A stretch of DNA of 37,390 nucleotides from Nemertoderma westbladi. Its lineage: Eukaryota > Animalia > Xenacoelomorpha. Positions within the stretch are counted from its first letter, which is position 1, and each line of letters begins with the position of its first letter. The position numbers and the translations under genes were made by a program. The notes below the pieces were generated by a model that was given only the letters and a program-made list of their open reading frames with translations, made no database searches and had not been told where the DNA came from. The stretch covers positions 1-37,390 of the forward strand of contig JAUCBJ010006845.1 in assembly GCA_032718475.1 (NCBI GenBank), given 5' to 3'. Shown piece after piece: positions 21,246-33,973 of the stretch.

Positions 21246-23519
21246 CCCGCCCTAACTGCCTAAAACGCAACTGCGTAACTTGCCAGTCATTGCGAAAATA
21301 AAATATTTATAATATCTGAATATGTATAGGCCTAAGTATTTATCTTGGTGCAATGCAGACTGTATAACAGAACACGTGTATATTTTACATTACTTACAGT
21401 ACGTACGTACGTACATTACCTTCATATTGAAATTTAATTTTACTGTAATTTTGTCCCAATCATGGATTATCTTTATTTCTGTCATCTGTGTTTGTATGTT
21501 TGACTTTTGAGATATATTTTTATTGATACTGGCGTAATTACTGTAAACTAAACTAAACTAAACAGATTAGATTATTTTACAACCCTTAGGCCCTAGGTAC
21601 TGTATGTCTGTATGTGTTAGGCCTATCCTGTCCACTGTCTGCCTGTACTGCTGTATCCGGGGTATGATAGCAATAGGCTATATACAGATGTATGATGATA
21701 CAGAACTATTTCAGTATTTCATGTATTTACTCCACTCTGCCGTGCCATTTACTGCTCTAGCCTATACTGTATAAAATATATTATAATTTTTAATTATTAT
21801 TACATTCACAAATATGGCAATTTTTAGTTAGGAATAATGCTTTATTATACATATCGTGATTTAATTTTCTTTCTAATCCCACGAGACCTACTTAGAAATG
21901 TAATTCAAAATGTATCTTACAACTGTACAACCAATACACTTTATCTTTCCATCAGTAGAATAATTACATTACCGAACTAATATTATCAAATTTTAATACA
22001 ATATTACAATATATTATTCATATTATTAATGCCTATTCGGTGGTTGATGTAATGGGCCTTCCCGATCAACCTCCGTCTTTACTATGCATCAAGTCAAATA
22101 TATTCATAATATTTTTTCATTTACCGTAATTTACTAATTATTTGACTTATAGTACTACAATTATTACATAGTTACAATTTATTTGTGTGCATGCAAGTTT
22201 AGAAAATGTTTCATAATAAATAAAAAAAAAAAAAAAAAATAAAATAAAATATAAAATGGTGCGTCACCTTAACCATTTTAATTTTTCGGTATCTGGGTCG
22301 TATAGGCCTATTTCTGAATTAATCACCTCCTTTTTTAACTTTTACACACTTGCTTGCCTAACCGAAACACGTTTTTAGCCTGACTGAATTAATTGTTTAA
22401 TTTAAACTAAAAACCGAAAGAAAATAATTGTATCTAATTTAATTTATGTCTGTATGTAGGGCCTACGTAATTTGCACTGTGCATTACCAGATTACAGCAT
22501 TACCAAACAGTCTGACAGTACCGGTAGCTGTACCGTATATCATTTTCTTAATCGTTGTGTTTATATCTATACCAGTATACTGCTATGTACGTACAGATAT
22601 ACTGATATAGGTACCGGCAACCGGTACGGTATGTCTGTAGGCCTATATTTATATTTTACTTAGTTTGTCAAATAAATACTTACAATTCCAATTCGCTATC
22701 GGTAACAAAACAATAGGCCTACAGCAATAACAGAATAAATTTAAATCAGTTATTTCAGTATTTATTCTGTTCTCTTCGTAAATTCTGATATTGTTGACGT
22801 AAAGCAGTAAAGGTTGAAAGGGAAAACTAGGCAAAAGGGCCTATCTGCCTATCCCTATCATCAGATCATCTGTACTGTACGCACAGACGCAGGGCTGGCA
22901 AAAACCTTCGGTTTTTCAAAACAAAAATTAGGTTTTTGTTCTCACTAGCGGCCTTGGTTCTGTGGTTAGTATGAAATGATTGACAGAACTTTGATTCATG
23001 TCGATTTTGACTGGCTTACAAGTAGAAATAGGCTACAGTTCGAATAATACAATATAATGCAATACTATGCAGTGGGTAGATAAAACTCCTATAACGAGAC
23101 TCAAAATTTAGGTCATAGCACATAGTCTTAAAGTAGCCCATATACTGAAGGATAGCTACTAGGCCCTATATGGTACTGCTGTACATGTACCTTATGTAGG
23201 CTATGTAGGCCTATGTCTGTATGTACGCCTCTATCTGCAACTTTATTGAGTTCTCCCTCTGCCAGTCTGCAATTTTGCGGGCTTGGGACCGTTTTTTGTG
23301 TTTTTTGAACACAAAAGGCTGCATTAAAACTCATAAGATTGTATTGTAAATTGTAATAGGGGCCTACTCTCTGACTGCCAGACGGCTAGACAGCTAGATC
23401 CTGAGATCAGCCCCGCTCAATGCATGGCTCGCCCCACAATCAGACAATGCTTTGTTTTATTTTGCACATCATGTGCGTGTGCGCCCCTCTAAACGATTTG
23501 AACTACACTTGGATACACG

Positions 23520-23730
23520 TTTTGCAAGCGTTTCTCACTCGTTTGTACTCTTTTGTACTATTTTTGATTTTTTGCACTCTTTTGTACTATTTTTGCACTT
23601 TATTGTACTCTTTTGTATTCTTTTGTACTACCGGTATGTATTTTTTTGTATTTTTTTGTACAAATTCGTCGGACCCGGGTTTTGGAAGGTTTTTGCAGGT
23701 TTTTGAATGTTATTGCTAGGTTTTTGTGTA
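23520..23730 (+). repeat. Degenerate TTTTGTACT-type tandem repeat
   Basis: Repeated TTTTGTAC/TTTTGCAC units. Confidence 0.75.
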
Positions 23731-24814
23731 GTATTTCTGTCAGGCTGTATTTGTATAGGCCCTATCCAGCTATCAGCCTATTGACGGATTAGATTGACCT
23801 GACTGCCAAAGCTTGATTGACAGATTGCATTCTGGCATTTCTCATTATCGGTCAGCCTAAACACCCAACTACACCCAACTACACCCAACTTTCACCCAAC
23901 TACACCCAACTACACCCAACTTTCACCCAACTACACCCAACTACACCCAACTACACCCAACTACACCCAACTACACCCAACTTTCACCCAACTACACCCA
24001 ACTACACCCAACTACACCCAACTTTCACCCAACTACACCCAACTTTCAGCCAACTACACCCACACAGTTCCACCCCACTACACCCAACTTCCACTGCACT
24101 TCCACTTCCACTCTGCATCCAACTTACACAAAACTATACCTACTGTATGGCACCAAACTTCCACAAATTACAATATGTACAGTAACCAACTCTTCGAGGA
24201 ATTGCTGAGATATGAGCTTTTAAATGTTTCATGTACTGTATGTTGCCCCCACTGCTGAGCAATTATGAAAATAACAAACTAACGTTTTATATTTATTGCA
24301 GGTTGGTTCTAGAATAATTGATGAATTTAGCAATAAATAAACAAAGGAGAGACGCAGAGACTATTGACGAACGATCCAAGCTACAGTATAAAACTAAACT
24401 GGCGCTGTGGGATTGTGGTGAAAATGAAAACGGTATTGATACACAGGAGGGTCACCGTCACAGCCTTAATTTCTGCAAGGAACTTATTATGATCTTCACA
24501 TACAGGCGATGCCAGAATGGACAAGATCTCTACAGTATGAGAATCGATAAGATCGTTATACATTACAGATCTTACAGTAGTAGAAATAATAATTCATCAC
24601 ACTAGGGTAGAGAATTGCAGACGTTGATCTACGTAATCATATAGACGCGGCTTGTGGTCTCTAGTACATACTGTACAGTATATGTACAGTAGGATATGAC
24701 AATATTCAGCTTATTTTATTACAAACAACGAAATGGGAGAAGTGTATTTAATCTTTCAGACATTCCACCCATTCGAAAATCCTCACGTGATCAACATTGA
24801 GGTTTCCAAACTAA

Positions 24815-25302
24815 TGTGTGCATTGTACTTGACACAATGAACCCGGCGTAGCATTCTTGTGAATGTGCCATCCAGAGATTTGGTGTCCTCAGCAGTTAGA
24901 GCCCAGCATGGACTCCCGTAGAGGAGTACTGGAACTACTGCTGCTCTAAATAATCGGACCTTGAGTTTCCGATTAATTCTCGGTGACTTCCAAATCCTGG
25001 AAAGCCTATTCAAGGCTGCCCATGCCTTTCCCTTACGTATTCGAAGGTCCTCATCTGACTTCCGGATCCATGATCCCAGGTAACAGAAGTTGTCCACATG
25101 CTCAAGCATACCATCCTTTGAGATTATGCTCATCCGATCAGAGACTTGCTGAGGACTTTCAAAGTTAACTGTCAAAATTGTGGTCTTTCTGGAGGTAATA
25201 AAAAGACCAAAACTAGAAGCAGAATGTTCTAATGAGCTGAGGAGCCGTTGGGCTCCCTCTAATGATTCTGAGAGTACTCCTAAGTCATCAGCAAAGTCTA
25301 TC
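24815..25302 (-). mobile_element. Internal RTE-clade RT fragment flanked by 27-bp direct repeats
   Basis: DFADDLGVLS..FCYLGS..KVRLFRAAVVPVLLYGSPCW..RMLRR; TGATCAACATTGAGGTTTCCAA(A/G)CTAA at 24788-24814 and 25303-25329. Confidence 0.88.
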
Positions 25303-25594
25303 TGATCAACATTGAGGTTTCCAAGCTAAATTCTCACATGTGAATGAATAATATGTCACACACTTTAGGTATGTTGCTACATAGTCGGATCCCAAGTGGG
25401 GTTTCTCATCGGGCTTTAATGTGGATCAGTTGGCGAAAATCTTCAAAAGTTACTTACGAATGAATTTTTCGTTACAGACAGACAAGCGGACAGAACGACC
25501 TACTGGAGATGAAATTTTGCCCTATTTTTACTAATTGCAATTGTGCGCTAAGGCTTGCCCTGACTGCGTGACTCGTCCCACAGAGCACCAAACT

Positions 25595-25815
25595 CTCCAA
25601 CCAACTACACTCAACTTTGACTCACTTTCACCCAACTACACTCCACTTCCACCCAACTCTCACCCAACTACACCCAACTTTCAACCAACTACCCCCAACA
25701 ACACCCAACTTTCACCCAACTACACCCAATTCTCCACCCAACTACACCCAACTATCACCCAACTACAGTACACTCAACATTGTCTCACTTCCACCCAACT
25801 ACACTTACCTTTCAC
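25595..25815 (+). repeat. Third, more degenerate CACCCAACT(A/T) array inside the foldback element
   Basis: Same 10-11 bp unit as 23861-24090. Confidence 0.85.
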
Positions 25816-26138
25816 CACTTTCTCGCAGGTCAGGATTTTTGAAAATAAAAAATTATAAAGCAAATTATAAAATTGTCAAAAACCATACAAATCCTAATCT
25901 ACGTCGCTTTTTGGATGTGAAGATGAGTAGGACATACAGTACAATATATCTAATGTTTAGTTCTGAGGCATAACAGCGAGAACATGCGAGCCACGTAGTA
26001 AAGGCGAGCCTTAACGCACTATGATAATTAGTAAATACTGGAAAATTTATTTCGAGTTATTATCATATTCGAGTTAGTGAAATATTGAAACGAGGGACCG
26101 AAGTGAGATAAAAGTACATTATACACTATAATACGTTG

Positions 26139-26266
26139 TTTTATTGTTAAATTTCTTGATTACTTAACGCTCGTCTATGGACGAGCCGCAAATAATCCAT
26201 CTATCTACTATATTTACGGCTTGTCCAAGGACAAGCGTTAAGTAATTCAGAAATTTAACAATAAAA
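26139..26266. repeat. 128-bp imperfect palindrome (MITE-like)
   Basis: 56-bp arm TTTTATTGTTAAATTTC...GCCGCAAATA and its near-perfect reverse complement around a short loop. Confidence 0.85.
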
Positions 26267-28098
26267 TATTATAATTATCCTTTGTATCATATTACAAGAA
26301 AGATTGTAACATACAGTAGTCTTTATTTTCAACAGTTTTATTCTAAACTTCGTGGCCTTTATATTAATTTGATCTTATCTTTCGTTTATTATTTTGGTTC
26401 CATGAGAAATTTATTATTCGCCTATATTATACAGAAAGTACTTTATTTGCTAACCATTAAGATTGGATCAGGGAGCCAAATGGAGTGTAAACTTGAGACA
26501 TGTAAAATGTAATGAGAAATGTAAAAAGTTCTAAAATTATTTCTGTTGTTTCGTTAAAAATTAATTAATACAGTATAAAGGCCATAACGTTTAAGATAAA
26601 GAAGCTGAAAATAATGTTACAGTTTATTTTCTTGTATTTTATGATACATAAAGGATAATTACATTATTATAATTGCATTAAACATACTGTATAATATAGA
26701 ACTTATGTCCATTAACTTTGTACGAATTATCTGCATTGCTATTCCCACAGCAGAAGTTTCCAATAATGCGATTTCGTCGTTAAGGCTGTGACGGTGACCC
26801 TCCTGTGTATCAATACCGTTTTCATTTTCACCGCAATCCCACAGCGCCAGTTTAGTTTGTACTGTAGCTTAGTTTGGAGTTTTGATGCGTGGTATGTGTA
26901 GACATCTATAGGTATCTGGATCGTTCGTCAATAGTCTCTGTGTCTCTCCTTTGTATATTTATTGCTAAATTCATCAATTATTCTAGAATCAACCTGCAAT
27001 AAAAATAAAATGTTAGTTAGTTATTTTCATAATTGCAGGGCAGTGATGGCAAAATACAGCACGAGTACATGCAACTTTTAAAAGTTCATATCTCAGCAAT
27101 TCTTCAAAGAAGTTCAGAGTTTGTTACTGTACATATTGTAATTTGTGGAAGATAGGTGCCATACAGTATAGTTTGGTGTAAGTTGGATGCTGTTGTGTTG
27201 AAGTTGGGTGTAGTTGGTGAAAGTTGGGTGTAGTTGGGTGGTAGTTGGGTGAAAGTTGGGTGTAGTTGGGTGAAAGTTGGGTGTAGTTGGGTCTTGGGTG
27301 TAGTTGGGTGAAAGTTGGGTGTAGTTGGGTGATTAGGCTGACCCCTCATTATTACTGTCAGACTGTATTATATTTTATACAGCATTGGTAGATCAGTCAG
27401 TCAGTTCAGTAGATACCGGTCTGCCGGTAAGCCTACAACAGTCTGACAGTACAATATATTAAAATAATTGATTTGATTTTTGTTTTAAATATTAGTCAGT
27501 CAGTCAGTCCAGCTCCAGCAGGCAGGCAGCACAGCAGGAGTCCAGCTGCCAGCAGTGAAGTTTTATTGTTGGCTTACTGGCTTAAAGCAGTAAAGTTAAG
27601 TACAAAAACTCAAGTCTTTAGTCAGTGGGTTTCATGCATGGAACCAAAATATTGTTGTCATCAGAAATTTAAAAAAAAACAAGCAATTTGGCTCTTTTTT
27701 TTTGTGATCAAAAACCTAGTTTTAGGCTTTTTTCAAATTTTAGGTTTTTGACAAAAATCGACACAAAGTAGGTTTACAAAAACCTACTTTGCCAGCCCTG
27801 ACTGTACGGGCTGACCGGTCCGGTACTGCTATACAGCTGTACAACTATCTCTGTATCTGGCTATATCTGTATTCTGTATATCAGTATATTATCCAGCCAG
27901 ATATCTATGGTTCATTTACTGACTGATTGATTCATACTCCCAAGTCCCCACTACTGCACTAGGCCTACCCATCAGTCTGTCAGTAGGTTACTGCCTAGTG
28001 CCTACTGGCTGACTGGCCTACCTCTACTCTACCAGTATGCTGGGCTGGTATGTCAGATTTGAAAACTGAAAACACCAACAAGCCAACAAACAACAAAC

Positions 28099-29339
28099 AT
28101 GGGTCAACAACAAACTAAAGACCACCATCATGTTGGTCACCATGACAAGCACAAAAGGCGTCGCGATAAACACGCCGTGCAGCGTGTCGATCCGAAACCG
28201 CCGGTGAAGGTCCCGGAGAGTGTGGACGCTATAGCGCTGTACGACTTCACGTCAACCGAGGATAACCAGTTGAGTTTTAAAAAGGGGGAAAGACTTAAAA
28301 TCCTGTGTTACAGTGAATCCCGACAGTGGTGCGAAGCAGCGAACTCGGAACACGATTTAGGTTGGGTTCCATCGAACTATATAAAGGAATTGAGTCCTTT
28401 ATCTGTTCATCCGTGGTTCCACGGGGCTATTAGTCGGAACTCCGCGGAATTCCTTCTTCGAAGCGGGATAAACGGCTCATACTTAGTCCGGGACTCCGAG
28501 AGCTGTCCGGGTCAGCTGTCTATCAGTCTCAGGTACGAGGGGCAGGTCTTCCATTACCGTATCAGCCAATCGGCCGACGGTAAACTCTACGTAGCCTCCT
28601 CGTTTTTATTCGATACTCTCGCCGAGTTAGTCGCCTACCATATGGCCAACTCGGACGGTTTGATAACGACTCTTTGTTACCCGGCGCCAAAACGCGAGTC
28701 ATCGAGTCCGTTGCGGAGTCGGAGCCGGCGACACGTGGGACTCGTGGGAGCTCGAACGCACCGACGTAACGATGCGGAACAAACTCGGAGTCGGACAATA
28801 CGGCGAGGTTTACGAGGCCACGTTGAAGACGAACAACCAACGCGTCGCAGTTAAAACCCTCAAAGAGAACACAATGAAACCGGAAGAGTTTCTTAAAGAG
28901 GCGGGAATCATGAAGAAGTTACAACACCCCAACCTAATACGACTCCTGGGTGTCTGCAGTCGGGAAGCCCCTTACTACATAGTCACCGAGTTCATGTCCC
29001 ATGGGAATCTTCTAGACTTCCTACACGAGACCTCCCCGGACAACCTGACGCTTCTCTACATGGCCACCCAGATCGCCTCGGCCATGGCCTATCTGGAGGC
29101 CGAGAACTACATCCACCGGGATCTGGCCGCCCGCAACTGTTTGGTGGACGACGGCACCGTGGTGAAGGTGGCCGATTTCGGGCTGGCGCGGTTAATGACC
29201 GACGAGACGTACACCGCGCAGGCCGGGGCCAAGTTCCCGATTAAGTGGACCGCCCCAGAGAGTTTGTGCTTCAATCGGTTCTCTATAAAGTCCGACGTCT
29301 GGGCATTCGGCGTGTTGCTATGGGAGCTAGCCAGTTGCG
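28099..29339 (+). CDS. ABL: Abl tyrosine kinase, coding exon 1 (myristoylation-type N-terminus, SH3, SH2, most of the kinase); +1 frameshift at ~28695-28735
   Basis: MGQQ start; SH3 [13 protein letters not shown]; SH2 [44 protein letters not shown]; [51 protein letters not shown]; donor G|GTGAGT at 29339/29340. Confidence 0.95.
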
Positions 29340-29828
29340 GTGAGTTGTCGATATTAAACATTTATTAATATGTTATTATTATTAATTCATAATTCTTCAG
29401 AACTGAGCTCTATACTTGGCATGTAGACATGATAAGTTTAATTATATATAGGCCTATATTATATATATTTATTAATTATATTAAATAATAATAATCATAT
29501 ATATACCCGGTATATATTATTTTCAATTTATTATGAAAATATTATAGGCCTATCACGCACAGGTCAACAATATAACCTAGTTTAGGTAGGTGTGTTGGAT
29601 CAACCAAAATACCAATAATTGTACTATCTATATTTAAGTCCTGTAACGATCTGTTGTTTTGGTTGCTATGGAAACCAAGATTAACACTATCGAAACAGTT
29701 TTCATAATTTGATCTGTATTAATTACCCCCCCTCCCTGGCTTTCTCTCTGTCACTAATTATTCCCCGCAGGACCCCCCCGCCCCCACCCCCATGTCTATT
29801 ACTATTAATTTTTCCCCCCAGTTTACGG

Positions 29829-30436
29829 TAAGGGCTATCAAAAATTAAATGGACATGCAATTAATTGACCCCAATTTAATTGATTGGTGATCTCAAAAAA
29901 TTGGATAATTGATTCCACTGGAATCAATTATCCAATTAATTGCAACCATCGTTCATCCCATGGTGTATCACAGTTGAACAACAGTTGAAAGTTAACCAGC
30001 CTTGCTACATCAGTATGTACAGCAGTGATACTTTTTTGAGTACTTATTTTGTAACCGGTACACAAACACAATGTGAAATAAACTATCAGTCTTATTTACA
30101 GCATTATGTCTCTATCTACTGCGTACCTCAGCATCGGTCATTCAGTTCAGTTCTCTTGTTACCGGTACAGGTTGTCTGAGCGAGGTACCTGAAAGATATA
30201 TCTTATACTCATAATAAAGGAATTATGTACATATTAAATCTTTAACTTTTTTAATATAAATGGCAATTAATTGATTAATTAAAATTGATTAATTTCGTAA
30301 AATCGCAATTACAATTAATTGATTGGATTCAAGACTTTAATTGCAATTAATTGATTGATATCATTTCCAATTGCAATTAATTGATTGATAGTATGTACTA
30401 TGTAATTGAATGGTAATAAATTTTTGATAACCCTTA
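29829..30436. mobile_element. MITE with an 18-bp TIR and CAATTAATTG subterminal motifs
   Basis: TAAGGGCTATCAAAAATT ... AATTTTTGATAACCCTTA; TTACGG at both junctions, TSD length ambiguous. Confidence 0.75.
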
Positions 30437-31130
30437 CGGCCTGGTATCCCCCCCCCCCCCCCCCCCCCTGTCTCCCTCTAGCGTTGCCCATCGAAATTTA
30501 CAAAATATTTCGATCGATTTTCTGAAATTATCAATCGATTATCGATGATTTTCAAATATTACCAATGTAAAATATAAAATAGTTTTTAAATGAAGATAAT
30601 GCTTAATATTTCAATAAATTAATGTGTGTAAAGTTAAAAAATACTTTACAATTTGCTGTTGAGAACGGTTTGTTACTCAATGTGCTGGCTATATAATTAT
30701 ACAGTTATAATACTGTATACTGCGGTACTGGTCTGCTGCCTGCTGGTATAGCCTACCGGTAGTCAGATATATTTTTATTTATTTATTTACTTGACTTGAC
30801 AGCGAGATAAAACATAAATATTTATTATAGGCTATAGGGCACCGCACCGTCACTGTCACTGTCCAACAGTCTCTCTAAATAACATAATATAACTAAACTA
30901 ATTTTATAACTTCACTTTATAACTAAATTCGTGCTCGTCTCACTGACTTGTTCCAACGCCCAATTTTAACTGATACTGATGTGGATCCGAGGCGGAACGG
31001 GACACAGCAAACTTCGCCCGCGAGAAAGCTTCACCCGGTGCAATCTTCGCCCGGGCAATCTTCGCCCTCAAAATGAGTGTTAACAACCTCGTTTATAGTT
31101 TAGGTTATAAAAATTCGTCTCTGTAACTGT

Positions 31131-32373
31131 CAGGGTTGTTTGATTTAAATCATTTGATTTAAATCAGTGATTTAAATAATGATTTAAATCACATATAAAA
31201 ATAAAAAAAATCAGATTTTTTTGATTTTTTAAATATCAATAATTTTATCAACGATACTTCAAGGCCAGGATAAACATTGCATTACTGATTATTAATAAAT
31301 AATTGAAATTACCTAAATATTTACATGGAAATACAGTATCATGTCGCATTATCAATACCATGCAGTCTGACAGTATACACAGGCCCATTAATTAAGTTGT
31401 AATTTAGAGTCCTTTTCAGTTTGTTGTTTATTTAGTTTATATTCGAATTCAGACTTTTTGGGTTTCCGGGATCGGGACCGGGATTATCACTCTCGAGATC
31501 CCGTGTAATTTTGGATTAAATTCATTAAAGTTCATAGTATATGTGGTGAGTTTTCGGTAACACTCACTTTATTTTACACTTCTGAAATATTAGTAAGATA
31601 AAGTTATATTATAATATCTTATAATTGATTACTGGATGGTTTACTGAAATAAAAATTAGATATAATCAAAACATTTCCGTTCTGCTGGAACTTTTTTTTA
31701 GATGTTCAACAAATTTATTTAACACTTTAAACTTCGGGATCCCGTTCCAAAAAAGTCGGAATCGGGATTGGATATTTCGCTGGGATCCTGGTTTTTCGGT
31801 ATAAGGATCGGGATCCCGTTTAAACAAGAGGGCATTGATGAAGCGAGAAGTCTTCACAATGTTTTCATATAAATTCTGATTTAAATAAAAAAATCTGATT
31901 TAAATGGGTGACTACAAAACAAAGACCAAAGACCCAAATAATAAAGACCTGCATAATCTTGTAACATGTGTTAACTTTCGTTTATTGTTTTGGTCCCCCA
32001 ACAAGCCTCTGTAACATGCTCCTTTACTAACCTGTTCCTTTAAATGGCAATGTAACCTAACGATCTTTGGGAACTCTACAAAACAAAGAGGTAAAGATGC
32101 GTTACGTCGCAAAGGGCGTTAGGTCCCATTGCCATAGAGCATTAGGTCCCATTGCCATTTACAGGAGCAGGTTAGTAAAGGAGCAGGTTACAGAAGCGTG
32201 TTGGGGGAACCAAAACAATAAACGAAAGTTAACAGATGTGTTTTGTACAGGTCTTTGTTAATTGGGTCTTTGCTTTGTAGTCACCCGATTTAAATCATAA
32301 AAATCTGATTTAAATAAAAAAAATCTGATTTTTTTTATATTTTTAAAAAAAATCATGATTTTTATCAACCCTG
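31131..32373. mobile_element. hAT-like non-autonomous element (middle), 8-bp TSD
   Basis: CAGGGTTG...CAACCCTG ends; GTAACTGT at 31123-31130 and 32374-32381; GATTTAAATC subterminal repeats. Confidence 0.88.
31906..32286. mobile_element. Mutator-like MITE (inner), ~145-bp TIRs, 9-bp TSD
   Basis: GGGTGACTACAAA...TTTGTAGTCACCC; GATTTAAAT at 31897-31905 and 32287-32295. Confidence 0.88.
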
Positions 32374-32709
32374 GTAACTGTAACCTATCATGTCTATAAT
32401 CTGCTCCTTTCCCCCAATCGGGCGAAGTAGGACGCGGGCGAAAATTGCATCCAACCAGGCGGAACCGGGATAGTGCTATCCGCTCCTTCTCATTGCGGTA
32501 CGACATTGTGAATTATAATTGGGAATTTGAATTGCAATTTTTATTTGTATTTTGTATGTAAATTGTATGTAATTGTGAATTTTAATTGTTGCAAATTTGT
32601 TGGCTTTTTAATCTAGGTAGGCCTATCCTATATGTTGTATGTATTTTATAAAAAATAAGTAAAGTAAATAACTATTAAATTAGTATTAAAGTAAATAAAC
32701 AAATAATTG

Positions 32710-33445
32710 AAGATTTATCAAAAAGAAAGACAGGCATCTGGCTGTTATCTTTGTTGACTTCTTCAAGGCCTTTGATTCAGTCTTTCGCTCACGTATGTTC
32801 AGCATACTTTCATTATATGGGATTCCTGGTGAAATTATTGCAGCAATCAGATCAGTATACGATGGTTCGACAACATTTCTGTCTACTGTTGACGGTGACA
32901 CAGAACCATTTAAAGTGTTATGGGGCGTCCTCCAAGGAGACACACTTGCACCATTCTTGTTCATTATTGTGGTTGACTATGTTCTACGCATGTCCTTAGA
33001 TCATTATAATGATGATGGGGTGATGATAACTTCACCTACTGGCTCCAGAAGTCGAGGAAATCCTGCCAAGTACCTAACTGATCTAGACTTTGCTGATGAC
33101 TTAGGAGTACTCTCAAAATCACTAGTGGGAGCCCAACGGCTCGCACTCAGTATGCATGAGCATGTGGACGACTTCTGTTACCTGGGATCATGGATCCGGA
33201 AGTCAGGTGAACCTTCGAATACGTAAGGGAAAGACATGGGCAGCCTTGAATAGGCTTTCCAGGATTTGGAAGTCACCGAGAATTAATCGGAAACTTAAGG
33301 TCTGATTATTTAGAGCAGCAGTAGTTCCAGTACTCCTCTATGGGAGTCCATGCTGGGCTCTAACTGCTGAGGACGCCAAATCTCTGGATGGCACATTCAC
33401 AAGAATGCTACGCCGGGTTCATTGTGTCAATGCACTGCACACATT
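32710..33445 (+). mobile_element. RTE-clade RT fragment, same family as 24815-25302, with an internal deletion
   Basis: FVDFFKAFDS, GVLQGDTLAPFLFIIVVDY, DLDFADD, FCYLGS; nucleotide sequence nearly identical to the reverse complement of 24815-25302. Confidence 0.9.
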
Positions 33446-33973
33446 TTTTTTCGGCCTTTTTGGGGGGTGTAAAAATTTCGCCGTCTGGCACGCAAACGAA
33501 TTATTACCCATTAATATTAAATCATGAATGGATTGAGAGCGTGCATTTGCAGATATGAGTATTAGAATAACTGTATGTGGGTTAGTCCATAGTGTTGGAC
33601 ATTACAGACATTCTCAATTAATTGAAACTGAACTAAATTAAAAACTTGCCCACATGGAAGCGTGAGTTATTCTGGACTGGATGTTCAATAAAAACCATTT
33701 TCAAGAATTGGGGAAATAATACGTTTAGATAAATATAACACAGTGTTGGATGTTTCATAAATAGGACATAATTATTTCAATAAAATTTTAAAGTTTTCTA
33801 AAAAATTGTCCCTTCAGTAAAATTATTTATTTTCAGTTTCCTTACTAATTAATCAGCTCTAATTAGTATATTTTAAGATAATAGGAATAATTTTTCATCA
33901 CACTCATTTTTTTTTATAGTTACAACAATGTAAGTCAGATGCTGTCAGTGTTGGACATGACACTGGGACACAT

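Larger units (their letters stand above)
23849..27344. mobile_element. Foldback-like element with ~600-bp inverted arms containing (CACCCAACTA)n arrays
   Basis: 23849-24470 is the reverse complement of ~26779-27344; both termini read GGTCAGCCTAA; CTCATTAT at 23841-23848 and 27345-27352. Confidence 0.85.
22890..27800. mobile_element. Non-autonomous hAT-like element expanded by nested insertions
   Basis: 13-bp TIR CAGGGCTGGCAAA / TTTGCCAGCCCTG; subterminal AAAAACC/GGTTTTT motifs; ACTGTACG follows the right end and also lies 8 bp before the left end (22874-22881). Confidence 0.7.
30999..32456. mobile_element. Mutator-like MITE (outer), 9-bp TSD
   Basis: AGGCGGAAC at 30990-30998 and 32457-32465; GG...CC ends; imperfect TIR with GCAA..TTCGCCCGCG. 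Confidence 0.75.

Noticed and set aside
13592-22272. Kolobok/piggyBac-like TTAA ends (~13593, ~17241, ~22269)
   Set aside because: Could not be paired into matching TIRs.
23817-27349. HPTTPNYTQL-type ORFs resembling the RNA polymerase II CTD or mucins
   Set aside because: Translations of the 10-11 bp CACCCAACTA repeat; the unit is not a multiple of three.
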